Shown: positions 1 through 10,118 of the stretch, one piece after another
How the letters are laid out: every line of letters starts with the position of its first letter
How positions within the stretch are numbered: position 1 is the first letter of the stretch
IMG/VR virus record: IMGVR_UViG_3300027365_000007
Length of the DNA: 64,000 bases
From: a virus
Lineage: Duplodnaviria > Caudoviricetes
Direction: 5' to 3' (one strand)
Position numbers and translations under genes: made by a program
The notes under the pieces: model-generated
The model's input: the letters and a program-made list of their open reading frames with translations, nothing else
The model's database searches: none
Told to the model about the DNA's origin: nothing

Positions 1-210
1 AAAAGTCTAACCTATTTCTTATTATTTCTATATAAAGAAAAAGTAAGAGTTTTAGTTATAGATAGAGTTATATTTGAGTAATAGAAATATCATGATAATG
101 ATATTTCATATCTGTATGGAATGGAATGACATACAGATAATAATACTATAGATTCATATAGATATTTGTGAGGCGTCAAGCACCTCACAATGAATTCTTA
201 CGAATTCGAC

Positions 211-239
211 TTGACATGGAATAACGCATAGGGTACAAT
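211..239 (+). promoter_or_regulatory. sigma70-type promoter
   Basis: TTGACA 211-216, 17-nt spacer, TACAAT 234-239, upstream of ORF 290. Confidence 0.8.
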
Positions 240-289
240 TCAGCCATTAAAGTATTTTTTACGTCTTCCAATCCATATGGGGAACTCAA

Positions 290-544
290 ATGACACGAAA
301 AATTATTCGTTTTGTATTAGCACTAACTATTCTTCCATGGCTGTTCATGGAAGTCGTTGGATGTTTAGTATTGGCAATGAACTACCTATTCGATGAGGAT
401 GAAGATTACCCCAATGAGAAATCAAAATACTCAGACACCCTGCGTCGTATGAATAGAATCTACATTATGTGGTACAGATGGATTACATTTAGGGATTATA
501 AGCATAGTATTTTTCAATTTTATGCGGAGTCTACGCATTGCTAG
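290..544 (+). CDS. hypothetical membrane protein
   Basis: 84-aa ORF with RBS and hydrophobic N-terminus; weak similarity to 735..971. Confidence 0.7.
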   Translation: MTRKIIRFVLALTILPWLFMEVVGCLVLAMNYLFDEDEDYPNEKSKYSDTLRRMNRIYIMWYRWITFRDYKHSIFQFYAESTHC

Positions 545-561
545 ATTGCACCAACTTAATA

Positions 562-708
562 CGCGTCCGGTTGTTGCGATCTAGTAAAGTGTTGGTGACG
601 GTCATCATTCAGTATACCAAAGAAAAATAGCAAGTCGCGCCTGCTATGAAGTACTTGATAGAAAGGTGGTCAATGATCGGGAGGTTCGAGTCCTTGCCCT
701 CCGCGCCG
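562..708 (+). ncRNA. degenerate long tRNA-like RNA candidate
   Basis: GC-rich intergenic stretch ending in T-arm-like GGAGG-TTCGAGT-CCTT; weak acceptor pairing, no CCA. Confidence 0.3.
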
Positions 709-734
709 AATTACTATAAAAGAAAGTAGAAGTT

Positions 735-971
735 ATGTATAAATTAAAAAAGGGAATATTATTTTTATCTGCCCTTGTACCAATACCATGGATGATAATC
801 ATAGTATATCATTCAATGGTATTACTTTTTGCTAAGAAGGTAGGAAAGCGAAATATCGTAAAGGAAAGATATGCCCTTAAATGTATTAAGGCTACGTACC
901 GGAGTTGGGTACTGGCAATCACATTCAATAAAAAAGATATTTATCCAATGTACTATAAAGTAGACATGTAA
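735..971 (+). CDS. hypothetical membrane protein
   Basis: 78-aa ORF with hydrophobic segment. Confidence 0.65.
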   Translation: MYKLKKGILFLSALVPIPWMIIIVYHSMVLLFAKKVGKRNIVKERYALKCIKATYRSWVLAITFNKKDIYPMYYKVDM

Positions 972-993
972 CTATAAATCAAGAGGTGAAAAT

Positions 994-1302
994 ATGTCTG
1001 AACATAACGATAGTAATGTAATTGTTGTAGATAATGCAGGGTTTTTTCGTAAATTATTCGGCAAGCGATATAGCGTTAAAATAATGGATTCACACAACGA
1101 TATTAGCTTTAGCACTTTTTACTGTTCAAATCATAAGTCGGTTATCGATGCTATTAATGCATGCAACGATCTTTGTAAGGAATTGGCATCAGGTGATGTA
1201 CCAGTGGCAAATTATGTGGATGAACTGGATATGTATCTTGAAACAGATGATCGTGTCAAAGAACAATTGCTTTTTAGCGAGTTTTCATCAAACGCGATGT
1301 AA
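994..1302 (+). CDS. hypothetical protein
   Basis: GAGG RBS, 102 aa. Confidence 0.75.
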   Translation: MSEHNDSNVIVVDNAGFFRKLFGKRYSVKIMDSHNDISFSTFYCSNHKSVIDAINACNDLCKELASGDVPVANYVDELDMYLETDDRVKEQLLFSEFSSNAM

Positions 1303-1327
1303 ATCGATGAAGGATGAATAACATTAT

Positions 1328-2325
1328 TCATCCCTCATTAATGATTATTTTTATAAAATCTTCTATAGAAAGTAATGTAAATGATTTACATTTGAGCATA
1401 ATCTCGTTTACATTGTTGACATTTTCGATATTATCATAGGAGGAAATGGTGTCTAGATAGTCTTTTGCCATTGTGTCTATTGTTTTCTTAACTGTATCAT
1501 AATACATTTTATATACATCATCGATCACCTTTTTTATTTCTTCAGTTTCCTCATTAGACAATTCATAACCCTCATCATAAAGGCGTGATTTTATAAAATC
1601 TATAATATACTCAATGATATTTGCGTATTCCATCTCAATATCTTTTAGATCTTCTATAAAATATGTACTTATGTGTCTATTTTTATAGATGAATTTATCA
1701 ATGGCATAATTCACAATCGATAAAAACTTTTCATGACTAAACGACTTATCAATAATTTTTTAAGTCCATCTTCCTTAGATTGTGTATATATGTCAACTTC
1801 GTTGATTATATCTTCCATAATATACCTCATGGTATAGCCATCGTTTAGATAATCAACATAAAAATCTTCGTAGGTATCGCTAACATACATGGTATAATCA
1901 CCATCTGGGAGAATTATATACACATCTTTAAATAAATTGGCATAATCTATAACATTCCGGATAATTTTTGTAGTAAATAATAAATTGCGTATAGGTTCAT
2001 TAAACATTTCTTCTGCTAACTCATTGACCGTATCGTGAATTAATTTATTACTATCTCTAGGACCGTCACGGTAATGCATAGCGATACTCTGACCCGTTTT
2101 AAAATCTTTACTAGAAGTACCATGATATAGGATGTTGGAGCGGCCCTTTATTAATGTACCCAATACGGTACTAAAATTTGAGTTACTTAACCCCTCAAAT
2201 CCATTTGGATATTGTGATTTTAGTTCCTTGTTATACTTTGGTAAATTTTTAGCGATGTGTTTTCTAAAATATGGATGTGATTTAATATCATCAATGTTGT
2301 TTTCAAATAAATGTTTGATAAGCAT
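1328..2325 (-). pseudogene. ART-like paralogue family member split by a frameshift (ORFs 1711..2325 and 1328..1714)
   Basis: The N-terminal ORF has the LYHG/GPRDS/IRN motifs and the downstream ORF has the family C-terminal NEIM motif; one extra A in the A6 run (plus-strand T 1756-1761) fuses them. Confidence 0.65.
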
Positions 2326-2417
2326 TATAAGTTCCTTTAAAAATATACGGCTATATCTATTTATTGACGGTTCGTTTATATTAGGGTATGGTTATAAGAA
2401 CATATGAGGTTTGGTTA

Positions 2418-2618
2418 TGGTGAGAAAACTATTTGAAACGAAGAACTCACCACACACCTAATACATTACGATTTTGGTTCAGGGAATTCTTATGTAAGCG
2501 TTTACATTGTGTTACTTCAGTAAATGTGTTACCGCAGGCAATATGTGTTCGATGTGGTCATAAAAATAATTGTGTACAACCGCAAGTTCCTGAATGGACT
2601 GATATATCTAGAGGATAA
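2418..2618 (+). CDS. small Cys-rich protein, probable 5' frameshift
   Basis: The RBS-preceded ATG at 2418 is out of frame with ORF 2433..2618 by one T; CxxC motif present. Confidence 0.45.
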
Positions 2619-2619
2619 T

Positions 2620-3030
2620 ATGCGAGTAAGAGTATATAAAAATCTTCATAAAGATTGTTATTCTGTGAGAGCAATAGAAGGTTCTATGAAAGGCATAGTT
2701 ATTGCACATGCCCGAAATATTGTTCTAAAAAATGTAAAGTATATAGTAGGTGAAAAAGGTCGAGAACGAGTTATTAGAGAGAAACAGAAGAACGTACATG
2801 CTTTTGTTGAAGGTGATATTGTGTCTATGATCACTATTGGGACTAATACATTGAACTTTCCACTACACACTTCATTACCATTTTCTAATGGAGTCGCAAT
2901 CACCTATAATCCATACGAATATAAATCATTTGTCACTCGCGATCACCAAGTCCCAGTGTATGAGTCGTCTTATGCGATATTAAATGATTATGGAATATTT
3001 CAACCCAGTCTAGGAGATAATAATGTATAA
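2620..3030 (+). CDS. conserved phage hypothetical protein
   Basis: GAGGA RBS before ATG 2620; VYKNLHK...NVHAFVEG...ITYNPY pattern. Confidence 0.75.
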   Translation: MRVRVYKNLHKDCYSVRAIEGSMKGIVIAHARNIVLKNVKYIVGEKGRERVIREKQKNVHAFVEGDIVSMITIGTNTLNFPLHTSLPFSNGVAITYNPYEYKSFVTRDHQVPVYESSYAILNDYGIFQPSLGDNNV

Positions 3031-3601
3031 AGAATACGCCCAAGTTACATTCCCAGAATTCACGGGAGCTAAAGTTAATATGATGCCATTTGTATTTGGT
3101 GATTTGAAAACTATTCCTGAATACCTTCAACAATATATTGACATTATCAATCAGTGTAATTTTGAAAAAGGTACCGTCTGTTATTTGACCGTTCATGAAA
3201 GTGTGGTGAAAAACACTACCCAAAGACGAGGTGGTGTACATGTTGAAGCACCCAATCTATTATCATGGGGTGGTGGTGCGTGGGGTGGTATGAGCCCTAA
3301 TAAAGGTGTGTACATGGCTTCTACTGATGGTGCATGTCAAGTATGGGACGAAATTGTTACCGACAGAGACCATCATGGGGCCTGTGAACCTCTTGGGGAG
3401 CCTGAAAAGATGAAACCTAACACTTTGTACTGGATGACTGATAAAACCCCGCACCAAGCTCTTGAGAGCAATGGTAAACGACAATTCATACGTATTGTAT
3501 CCAGTGAGATTTCACTATGGTTTAAGCAACATAATACTAAGAATCCGTTAGGTATTGAGCCAACATGTGAAATAGTAGAATGGAATAAATTTAAAGTTTA
3601 A
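3023..3601 (+). CDS. hypothetical protein, possible 2OG-Fe(II) oxygenase-like
   Basis: 192 aa; GVHVE and TPH...RQFIR motifs; fold call is weak. Confidence 0.4.
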   Translation: MYKEYAQVTFPEFTGAKVNMMPFVFGDLKTIPEYLQQYIDIINQCNFEKGTVCYLTVHESVVKNTTQRRGGVHVEAPNLLSWGGGAWGGMSPNKGVYMASTDGACQVWDEIVTDRDHHGACEPLGEPEKMKPNTLYWMTDKTPHQALESNGKRQFIRIVSSEISLWFKQHNTKNPLGIEPTCEIVEWNKFKV

Positions 3602-3603
3602 AT

Positions 3604-4038
3604 ATGATTAAAGCTGAACTAACACCACCGTTAAATTTATTAGAAGAGTATCCATACGTTGGATACTCTATGACAGGTGATGAAATAGTACTCTTCGTTA
3701 CTACTGGCACTGGATTAATTTTATCAGGTGCACATCGGTATTCTTTAAAAGAAGGTCTCTTTGAGTCACTATATGAAAGAATACCAACCCCTTTAAATAT
3801 ACAAGCATCAAATATATGGAACGGTATCTATCCCGTAGTAGTGCAAAATCAAGAATTACTAGTTTCGGTCCATGAATATTTGTTATACCTTAACGAAGAA
3901 CAGTTCATAGGGTTTGATATTGATTGTGATGGTGTCGCTTCATTTGAAGCAGTAGTGAACGATGACTTCGGTATAAATTATAAAGAACGGACAAATGTAC
4001 TTATCCCCGTTTCGATGACTTTTCACTTTGATGCTTGA
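3604..4038 (+). CDS. hypothetical protein
   Basis: 144-aa ORF in tandem with neighbours. Confidence 0.7.
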   Translation: MIKAELTPPLNLLEEYPYVGYSMTGDEIVLFVTTGTGLILSGAHRYSLKEGLFESLYERIPTPLNIQASNIWNGIYPVVVQNQELLVSVHEYLLYLNEEQFIGFDIDCDGVASFEAVVNDDFGINYKERTNVLIPVSMTFHFDA

Positions 4039-4064
4039 CATACCATTGTGTTTTAAATTATAAT
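4035..4064 (+). promoter_or_regulatory. sigma70-type promoter
   Basis: TTGACA 4035-4040, 18-nt spacer, TATAAT 4059-4064. Confidence 0.75.
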
Positions 4065-4092
4065 GTTTATAACACATCGAGGGAGAAGTTTT

Positions 4093-4440
4093 ATGGCTTA
4101 CATCAATAAAGACACTGTGAAAACAATCCGCGAGTCACTGAAAAAAGAATTCCCTGAAATTAAGTTTTCAGTACGCAAGCAAGATCATCTAGCAGTATCA
4201 GTAAGCATTATGAAATCACCCTACTTCGAAGACGGTGAGTATCGTCAGATCAATCAATACTGGATCAAAGAATCTACCGATAATGCAAATCAAGCATCTG
4301 TCATTGAACGTATTGATAAAGTCATTCGCAATGCTGGTAACTATTTTGACCATTCTGATTCAATGACTGACTATTTTCATTGTGCGTTTTACTACGATAT
4401 TGCAGTAGGAAAATTTGACAAGAATCACATCAAAACATAA
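4093..4440 (+). CDS. LPD29-like (large polyvalent protein-associated domain) protein
   Basis: MAYI...IRESLKKEFPEIKFSVR...DSMTDYFH...YYDI pattern; GGAG RBS before ATG 4093. Confidence 0.6.
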   Translation: MAYINKDTVKTIRESLKKEFPEIKFSVRKQDHLAVSVSIMKSPYFEDGEYRQINQYWIKESTDNANQASVIERIDKVIRNAGNYFDHSDSMTDYFHCAFYYDIAVGKFDKNHIKT

Positions 4441-4459
4441 AGAGGCATATGCCTCTTTA
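4439..4459. terminator. bidirectional hairpin terminator
   Basis: AAGAGGCAT/ATGCCTCTT palindrome between convergent genes. Confidence 0.6.
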
Positions 4460-5818
4460 TTATTGTTTCTCGCTCCGAGTTTCTACTAGACTAGGAGTTG
4501 TTTCTACTAAACTTAGTGTTATTTCTGTTAAACTAGGCGTTGTTTCTACTAGACTAGGCGTTGTTTCTGTTAAACTAGGCGTTGTTTCTGTTAAACTAGG
4601 TGTGGTCCAAGATAATGCACTGTGATTTATTAATGCACCTGTTAACAAGTTGAGATCATCTGGTATTTTAGTAATTAATGCGTCATTGGAACCTTGTCCT
4701 TCCGAATTTTGATTCCCAACTGCCACATAGCCCCCATCGTTGCTTTGGATAACTGAGTAATAATTATCACTATTTGAACCACCCAATCCTTTTTGACTAA
4801 CCACATTAAGATTGGCGTCGTATTTAGTAATTAATGCGTCGTAATTACCTTGTCCTTCCGAACTTTGATTCCCAACTGCTACATAGCCCCCATCGTTGCT
4901 TTGGATAACTGAGTAATAATTATCACTATTTGAACCACCCAATCCTTTTTGACTAACCACATTAAGATTGGCGTCGTATTTAACAATTAATGCGTCGTAA
5001 CTACCTTGTCCTTCTGATTGCTGATAACCAACAGCCACATATCCACCATCGTTGGTTTGGATAACTGAACGATAATAATCATTAGTTGTGCCGCCTAACC
5101 CTTTTTGACTAACTACGTTAAGATTGGCGTCGTATTTAACAATTAATGCGTCATTGTAACCTTGTCCTTCCGAACCTTGATACCCAACTGCTACATAGCC
5201 CCCATCATTGGTTTGTATAACTGAGTAATAATTATCACTATTTGAACCACCCAATCCTTTTTGACTAACCACATTAAGATTGGCGTCGTATTTAGTAATT
5301 AATGCGTCGTAATTACCTTGTCCTTCCGAACTTTGATTCCCAACTGCTACATAGCCCCCATCGTTGCTTTGGATAACTGAGTAATAATTATCACTATTTG
5401 AACCACCCAATCCTTTTTGACTAACCACATTAAGATTGGCGTCGTATTTAACAATTAATGCGTCGTAACTACCTTGTCCTTCTGATTGCTGATAACCAAC
5501 AGCCACATATCCACCATCGTTGGTTTGGATAACTGAACGATAATAATCATTAGTTGTGCCGCCTAACCCTTTTTGACTAACTACGTTAAGATTGGCGTCG
5601 TATTTAACAATTAATGCGTCGTAACTACCTTGCCCTTCCGAATTTTGATTCCCCACAGCCACATATCCACCATCGTTGGTTTGGATAACAGATCTATAAT
5701 AATCATTAGTTGTGCCGCCTAATGTGCTTACAATCCATGATTTAAATTCCACCACGGTCATACCTTTTGATAATTGAACACTGTTGATCCCAACATTATA
5801 AATTTTTATACCTGACAT
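4460..5818 (-). CDS. tandem-repeat beta-propeller protein (7 x 52 aa), probable virion or adhesin protein
   Basis: Seven near-identical GG..D...SVIQ.NDGGYVAVG...DALI.KYD units followed by TPSL(T/V)ET repeats. Confidence 0.75.
   Translation of the reverse strand: MSGIKIYNVGINSVQLSKGMTVVEFKSWIVSTLGGTTNDYYRSVIQTNDGGYVAVGNQNSEGQGSYDALIVKYDANLNVVSQKGLGGTTNDYYRSVIQTNDGGYVAVGYQQSEGQGSYDALIVKYDANLNVVSQKGLGGSNSDNYYSVIQSNDGGYVAVGNQSSEGQGNYDALITKYDANLNVVSQKGLGGSNSDNYYSVIQTNDGGYVAVGYQGSEGQGYNDALIVKYDANLNVVSQKGLGGTTNDYYRSVIQTNDGGYVAVGYQQSEGQGSYDALIVKYDANLNVVSQKGLGGSNSDNYYSVIQSNDGGYVAVGNQSSEGQGNYDALITKYDANLNVVSQKGLGGSNSDNYYSVIQSNDGGYVAVGNQNSEGQGSNDALITKIPDDLNLLTGALINHSALSWTTPSLTETTPSLTETTPSLVETTPSLTEITLSLVETTPSLVETRSEKQ
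4481..4606 (-). repeat. 21-bp coding tandem repeat, 6 copies
   Basis: TTPSL(T/V)E heptads. Confidence 0.9.
4670..5719 (-). repeat. 156-bp coding tandem repeat, about 7 copies
   Basis: Visible near-identical units; units 2-3 recur as units 5-6 (468-bp period). Confidence 0.95.
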
Positions 5819-5856
5819 TTTTATCTCCTATTTTTATTTTATTTATGCCTTAGATT

Positions 5857-6840
5857 TCATTGATATTTTTGTTTATAGTATTTTACGAGATCGTCCATAC
5901 CGCCTTCGAACGTGTCTAGGATAGCGTATCTACCTGTTGTGCACATAATTTCATGACTTTCAGGTATCTCATGGAGATTGCTTGTTTTCTTAACATCAGA
6001 TACGTATAGATAGGCTCGAAGTTCAAGTTCTTTTATATCAGAAGGTATTAGATTTTCAATCAAATAATTACTTAGCTCAATTATTTCATTCGATGCATAA
6101 CGCATGTTAATATCTTCAATGTCATAGATTCCTTCATTTATTATGAGGCTTTTCATAGACATAACGATATACTTGTCTATATTTTTTCTAACGTGTTGCC
6201 AATTACTAACATCTTTCATCTCTTCAAGAGAGTCCATTGGATAGATATTATCCTCTAGATTGCCATCATAGAAAGATATTGATTTTGTATAAGGAGTGAT
6301 ATATGATAATATCATATTTGTGAGTGTACCACCTGTTAATTTATTATATATGGCCTTTTGTAACTCTACACCCTTTGGTGATTTTAGCGCCTCCATTATT
6401 ATATCAGATCGTTTTTCCCTATACTTAGAAAACTCAAAAACACCATTACTATCGGAATACATGTCACTTATTATATCATTGTAATACAATGCGTAATCAT
6501 CGTCTAAAGGTATAAGCGTTCTTAGTGACCCATAATTTTCAGATGCCTCGGGTGATTGTGTTGCAAAGATCATGTTTCTAATCTTCACACCAAATTTCTT
6601 TTCAGATTCTTCATTGACAATCTGATGAATGATCTTAGCACTATCAGTTGGACCTTTACGCTCATGTATAGTAATAACTCGGTTGACATCCATATTGTAA
6701 CTACCATGGACCAGTTGAGGTGGTATAGTATTGTGAGTAATGTAGGGTAGTATGTTTTCATTGAAGTATTTTGTTTCAATTATTAAGTCGAACAAATCAT
6801 TGTTCTTAGGGGTGTCTATTTCATTGATTCTCATATTCAA
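5857..6840 (-). CDS. ART-like paralogue family protein, putative internal head protein
   Basis: LVHG, GPTDS, IRNMIFAT, NYG and HEIM motifs; TATAAATA at 6850-6857. Confidence 0.6.
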   Translation of the reverse strand: MNMRINEIDTPKNNDLFDLIIETKYFNENILPYITHNTIPPQLVHGSYNMDVNRVITIHERKGPTDSAKIIHQIVNEESEKKFGVKIRNMIFATQSPEASENYGSLRTLIPLDDDYALYYNDIISDMYSDSNGVFEFSKYREKRSDIIMEALKSPKGVELQKAIYNKLTGGTLTNMILSYITPYTKSISFYDGNLEDNIYPMDSLEEMKDVSNWQHVRKNIDKYIVMSMKSLIINEGIYDIEDINMRYASNEIIELSNYLIENLIPSDIKELELRAYLYVSDVKKTSNLHEIPESHEIMCTTGRYAILDTFEGGMDDLVKYYKQKYQ

Positions 6841-6849
6841 AAAGCCTCG

Positions 6850-6857
6850 TATTTATA
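6850..6857 (-). promoter_or_regulatory. T4-type late promoter
   Basis: TATAAATA just upstream of gene start. Confidence 0.6.
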
Positions 6858-6920
6858 ATATTTATGTATTGTATTTCAGTCAATTTTCCAGTACAATATA
6901 GGAAATTGTAGGAGAAAGTT

Positions 6921-7115
6921 ATGTCATCTAAGAATGAAGCACCTCATCTGGGAGATTATTTTTTCCGTAAGATCGATGACTTTCCTTACCTTGTAAATAA
7001 GGCTAAAACACTCGATCCTCAGCGTGTCGATGATCTTATGAAATCACGACAAAACTTGTGTGATGTCATTGACTCCCTTCAGGATATCATTGATTCTGAT
7101 GACGATATGCTGTAA
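6921..7115 (+). CDS. hypothetical protein
   Basis: GGAG RBS, 64 aa. Confidence 0.7.
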   Translation: MSSKNEAPHLGDYFFRKIDDFPYLVNKAKTLDPQRVDDLMKSRQNLCDVIDSLQDIIDSDDDML

Positions 7116-7143
7116 AATAAAACCATATTGAGAGGAAATTGTT

Positions 7144-7266
7144 ATGGTACTTAATAACGTTTTGGTTATGTTCGGCGAAATTATGGAGCAATATGGTCGA
7201 GTAAAATCATTAAAGCATGAGCTTAAAGATATCAAGAAAGAACTTGATGCTATCGGTGGAACCTAA
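7144..7266 (+). CDS. small hypothetical protein (40 aa)
   Basis: GAGGA RBS, ATG 7144, TAA 7264-7266; below the ORF-track cutoff. Confidence 0.5.
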   Translation: MVLNNVLVMFGEIMEQYGRVKSLKHELKDIKKELDAIGGT

Positions 7267-7954
7267 GCCAGATTACTACTGTATGATGTATCCAGACGAA
7301 CATGGCGAAGACTATGAGTACCATGAGAAGCGTGGTCGTAAGGATCATCTTACTAGTAAATTCAATAAAGTTCTCAAAGAAAAGATTTCGAACGAGAAAC
7401 TTTTCAAAAAAATGAAACACCAGTTTCGTGAATATCAAGAAGAACATGTCAATAAAGAAAACCATATCGATATTGATAAACATATCAATATTGTAGTTTC
7501 TATGCGCAACGACCGCATAGAGAAGGAACGTCATTTTCGTTCTAAAGTCAATGACATTGTAGGCCAGATCATTCTTAACATCATTGCAATATCGCATAAA
7601 GAACACTTGCGCAACTTTGTCTCTCTGGAACTATGTGAATATTCTAAACAACTTGAGAAAGAGTTTGAGCATACAGAATCCAGTTATGTGCATAAACTAA
7701 TGTCTATGGGATATGATTTGAAAAATAACCCTAGTCGTTTTAAAGCAGCTAAACATATGGTGGAATCTCGCTATACTGAAGAAAAGATTTCTGCACTGAT
7801 CAGTAAAGCTTCTGATGCCATTACACAAATTGAATACAGACTGAACAACACGGATGATAAGCGGATTGCAAAAAAAGCTAATTCGTTTAAACAAAATTTA
7901 CAGAGATTGATAGAACAATATAATGATATGTCATATAAACGCAATAGCATTTGA
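7217..7954 (+). CDS. hypothetical protein (start may be downstream)
   Basis: 245-aa ORF, helical and charged. Confidence 0.7.
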   Translation: MSLKISRKNLMLSVEPKPDYYCMMYPDEHGEDYEYHEKRGRKDHLTSKFNKVLKEKISNEKLFKKMKHQFREYQEEHVNKENHIDIDKHINIVVSMRNDRIEKERHFRSKVNDIVGQIILNIIAISHKEHLRNFVSLELCEYSKQLEKEFEHTESSYVHKLMSMGYDLKNNPSRFKAAKHMVESRYTEEKISALISKASDAITQIEYRLNNTDDKRIAKKANSFKQNLQRLIEQYNDMSYKRNSI

Positions 7955-7965
7955 GGTTGTAATAG

Positions 7966-8760
7966 ATGATTATTGACAAATTTTATAATATTGACCTCCC
8001 GAAATGGCCACACTGTATTATAAAAGGTAAGAAAGTTTCAGTAGATCAGGCTAAAGATATTATCTTTAAGTTAGATCGGTACTTTACATGTGATATCAAA
8101 CCACACAGTAATGATATGAAACATATTCTGAATAGATATCGTAGAAGATCAGGTTTATACCTGTTTGATGATTGTTACGATATAATTAAGAAGATGGGGC
8201 CTAAAAGTCCATCAACATCAGTTTATGGTTATGACCACGGCCTTCTTATGACTATGCATGAACGTATTCAAGATTATCTTGGTGTATGTGATGATTTAGA
8301 GTATATTAAATGTGACATAGCCGATAGTTGCTATATTGGTGGTCCCAATGGACTAGTAGATCCATCAGGAAACATACACTTTGATAAAAATATCGGTAAA
8401 TACCCCTCGGTGGAAGAAGTTCATAAAGAATTGCTTTATATAAGTAAAACTTTCCCATTTTTAGATATGACTGTGAGTCTTTATGATATTGAAAAGTGTA
8501 TGCGTGATGAACAGTCAGCTAACTGCATGGTTAGTTTTATTGTAAAAAATGGCAATGTTACAGTCACGAATTTTGATCTTGGTATGGATGAGTTTACTAA
8601 CGCAAATAGTCTTGAAACGTATTCCGATTTGTTACCCTACAATAGGGGTTCTTGTGGTATTCCTGAAGAATGGTTCGATGACTATGCAGATCGGGTAATG
8701 GAAGCAATGCATGCGACTGGCGTATATGATGAGCTGATTGAAGTACTCGGGCGAAATTAA
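7966..8760 (+). CDS. hypothetical protein
   Basis: 264 aa, GAGG RBS. Confidence 0.75.
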   Translation: MIIDKFYNIDLPKWPHCIIKGKKVSVDQAKDIIFKLDRYFTCDIKPHSNDMKHILNRYRRRSGLYLFDDCYDIIKKMGPKSPSTSVYGYDHGLLMTMHERIQDYLGVCDDLEYIKCDIADSCYIGGPNGLVDPSGNIHFDKNIGKYPSVEEVHKELLYISKTFPFLDMTVSLYDIEKCMRDEQSANCMVSFIVKNGNVTVTNFDLGMDEFTNANSLETYSDLLPYNRGSCGIPEEWFDDYADRVMEAMHATGVYDELIEVLGRN

Positions 8761-8768
8761 GGTAAAAT

Positions 8769-9815
8769 ATGTCTGTTAAAATAACGAATGGATTGAGGTA
8801 TAAACCCAACAATCTAAAAGATATGACAAGGTTCCATAAAATATGTCTTGATAGTGTGCAGTATGCGCATCGAAGATATATGCAAGAAATGATAGCGCGG
8901 TATTCAATGAACGTTGTTTTACATTATATCGCATTTCATTCATCAGGTTTCGAAATGGAATTAGATAGTGTTATTGAAGAATGTCTTCTATCGACAATAT
9001 CAACTAGTAGTTGTTGTTATGAATATGCACATTCTAGAATAAAAACTAATACGCTAAAAATTATTGAGAGATATGATTGGTGTGGTGATGATCGAGAAAT
9101 GCTTCTTGGTCTTTTGACATCAATTACTGATCATGTGTCAAGTTTAATGTCCATAGATAGTGATCTATCCTCTCTATATAAAACAGAAATTAGTTGCTTT
9201 TATGATGACGACTCTGTATACATTATCACCCCCGGTAATAACAGTAATACTGATTGTGGTTTGTTCCTCTATAACATGATTATGGATGTGAGTGGAGTTG
9301 AGAGCTTTGAGTACTACAATAATACGGATAGACCTGAAAATATTTCTTTAAATGAATGGAATGAACGTTTAGATAAGTGGGAAGAAGTTACTACGTCTTA
9401 TTACCATAAGTGCAGTTTTGACAATAGTATCACTATATCTAGTACTAATGTGAATATCTTCAATTCTAAACCTAGAAATTATAAGATGTGTAAACAGCAT
9501 GAGTTGTACCATGAAACCAAAGATTATCTAACATTAATGTATTCTGAATACAAAGGAGCATTAAGAAGTACTTTACATATGCTTATTCATGATCAAATAC
9601 AAGTGTCAGCTACTAAGGTAAACGCTACGAATTGGTTAAATGCATACGAATATATATTGAGGCAGCGAGCCGCCTTTATTATTAATAACCCAAAGGTTTG
9701 TGACAAATTTAAAGAAAAGTGTGACGAAATGTTTATACCCCTTTTCCAATATTTTAATCTCGTTGACGATAAAGCTATTATGGCTTATAATGCTTCTGAA
9801 TGGTTACACAAATAA
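8769..9815 (+). CDS. hypothetical protein
   Basis: 348 aa, AAGG RBS. Confidence 0.75.
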   Translation: MSVKITNGLRYKPNNLKDMTRFHKICLDSVQYAHRRYMQEMIARYSMNVVLHYIAFHSSGFEMELDSVIEECLLSTISTSSCCYEYAHSRIKTNTLKIIERYDWCGDDREMLLGLLTSITDHVSSLMSIDSDLSSLYKTEISCFYDDDSVYIITPGNNSNTDCGLFLYNMIMDVSGVESFEYYNNTDRPENISLNEWNERLDKWEEVTTSYYHKCSFDNSITISSTNVNIFNSKPRNYKMCKQHELYHETKDYLTLMYSEYKGALRSTLHMLIHDQIQVSATKVNATNWLNAYEYILRQRAAFIINNPKVCDKFKEKCDEMFIPLFQYFNLVDDKAIMAYNASEWLHK

Positions 9816-9923
9816 TACTATTGGATTCAAATTATGAAAAAAGCTGTGTATTATAACGAGACTGCTATTGAAAAAGTCTTAAATATCCTTTATAATATTG
9901 GAAATAAATCGGAGTGAAAAGAC

Positions 9924-10109
9924 ATGAAGCATAAGCCCCGCTGGAAACGTGCCAATTTGTTTGAGATCGTTTTCAAAAAGAATGAAGATGATCTCAATGC
10001 AGTTGAAAGAAAAATTCGCAAACACTATGAATCCATGAATCTAATGGAACGTATTAAACTCCAATATTTTATTGTTGGTGAAGACTTTCGTGTTAGGGCG
10101 ACTCGCTAG
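9924..10109 (+). CDS. hypothetical protein
   Basis: GGAG RBS, 61 aa. Confidence 0.6.
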   Translation: MKHKPRWKRANLFEIVFKKNEDDLNAVERKIRKHYESMNLMERIKLQYFIVGEDFRVRATR

Positions 10110-10118
10110 GAGAGTAAT

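Noticed and set aside
4670-5719. CRISPR array or DGR template/variable repeats
   Set aside because: Repeats are in-frame 156-bp coding units with no spacers, no reverse transcriptase, and no adenine-specific variation pattern.
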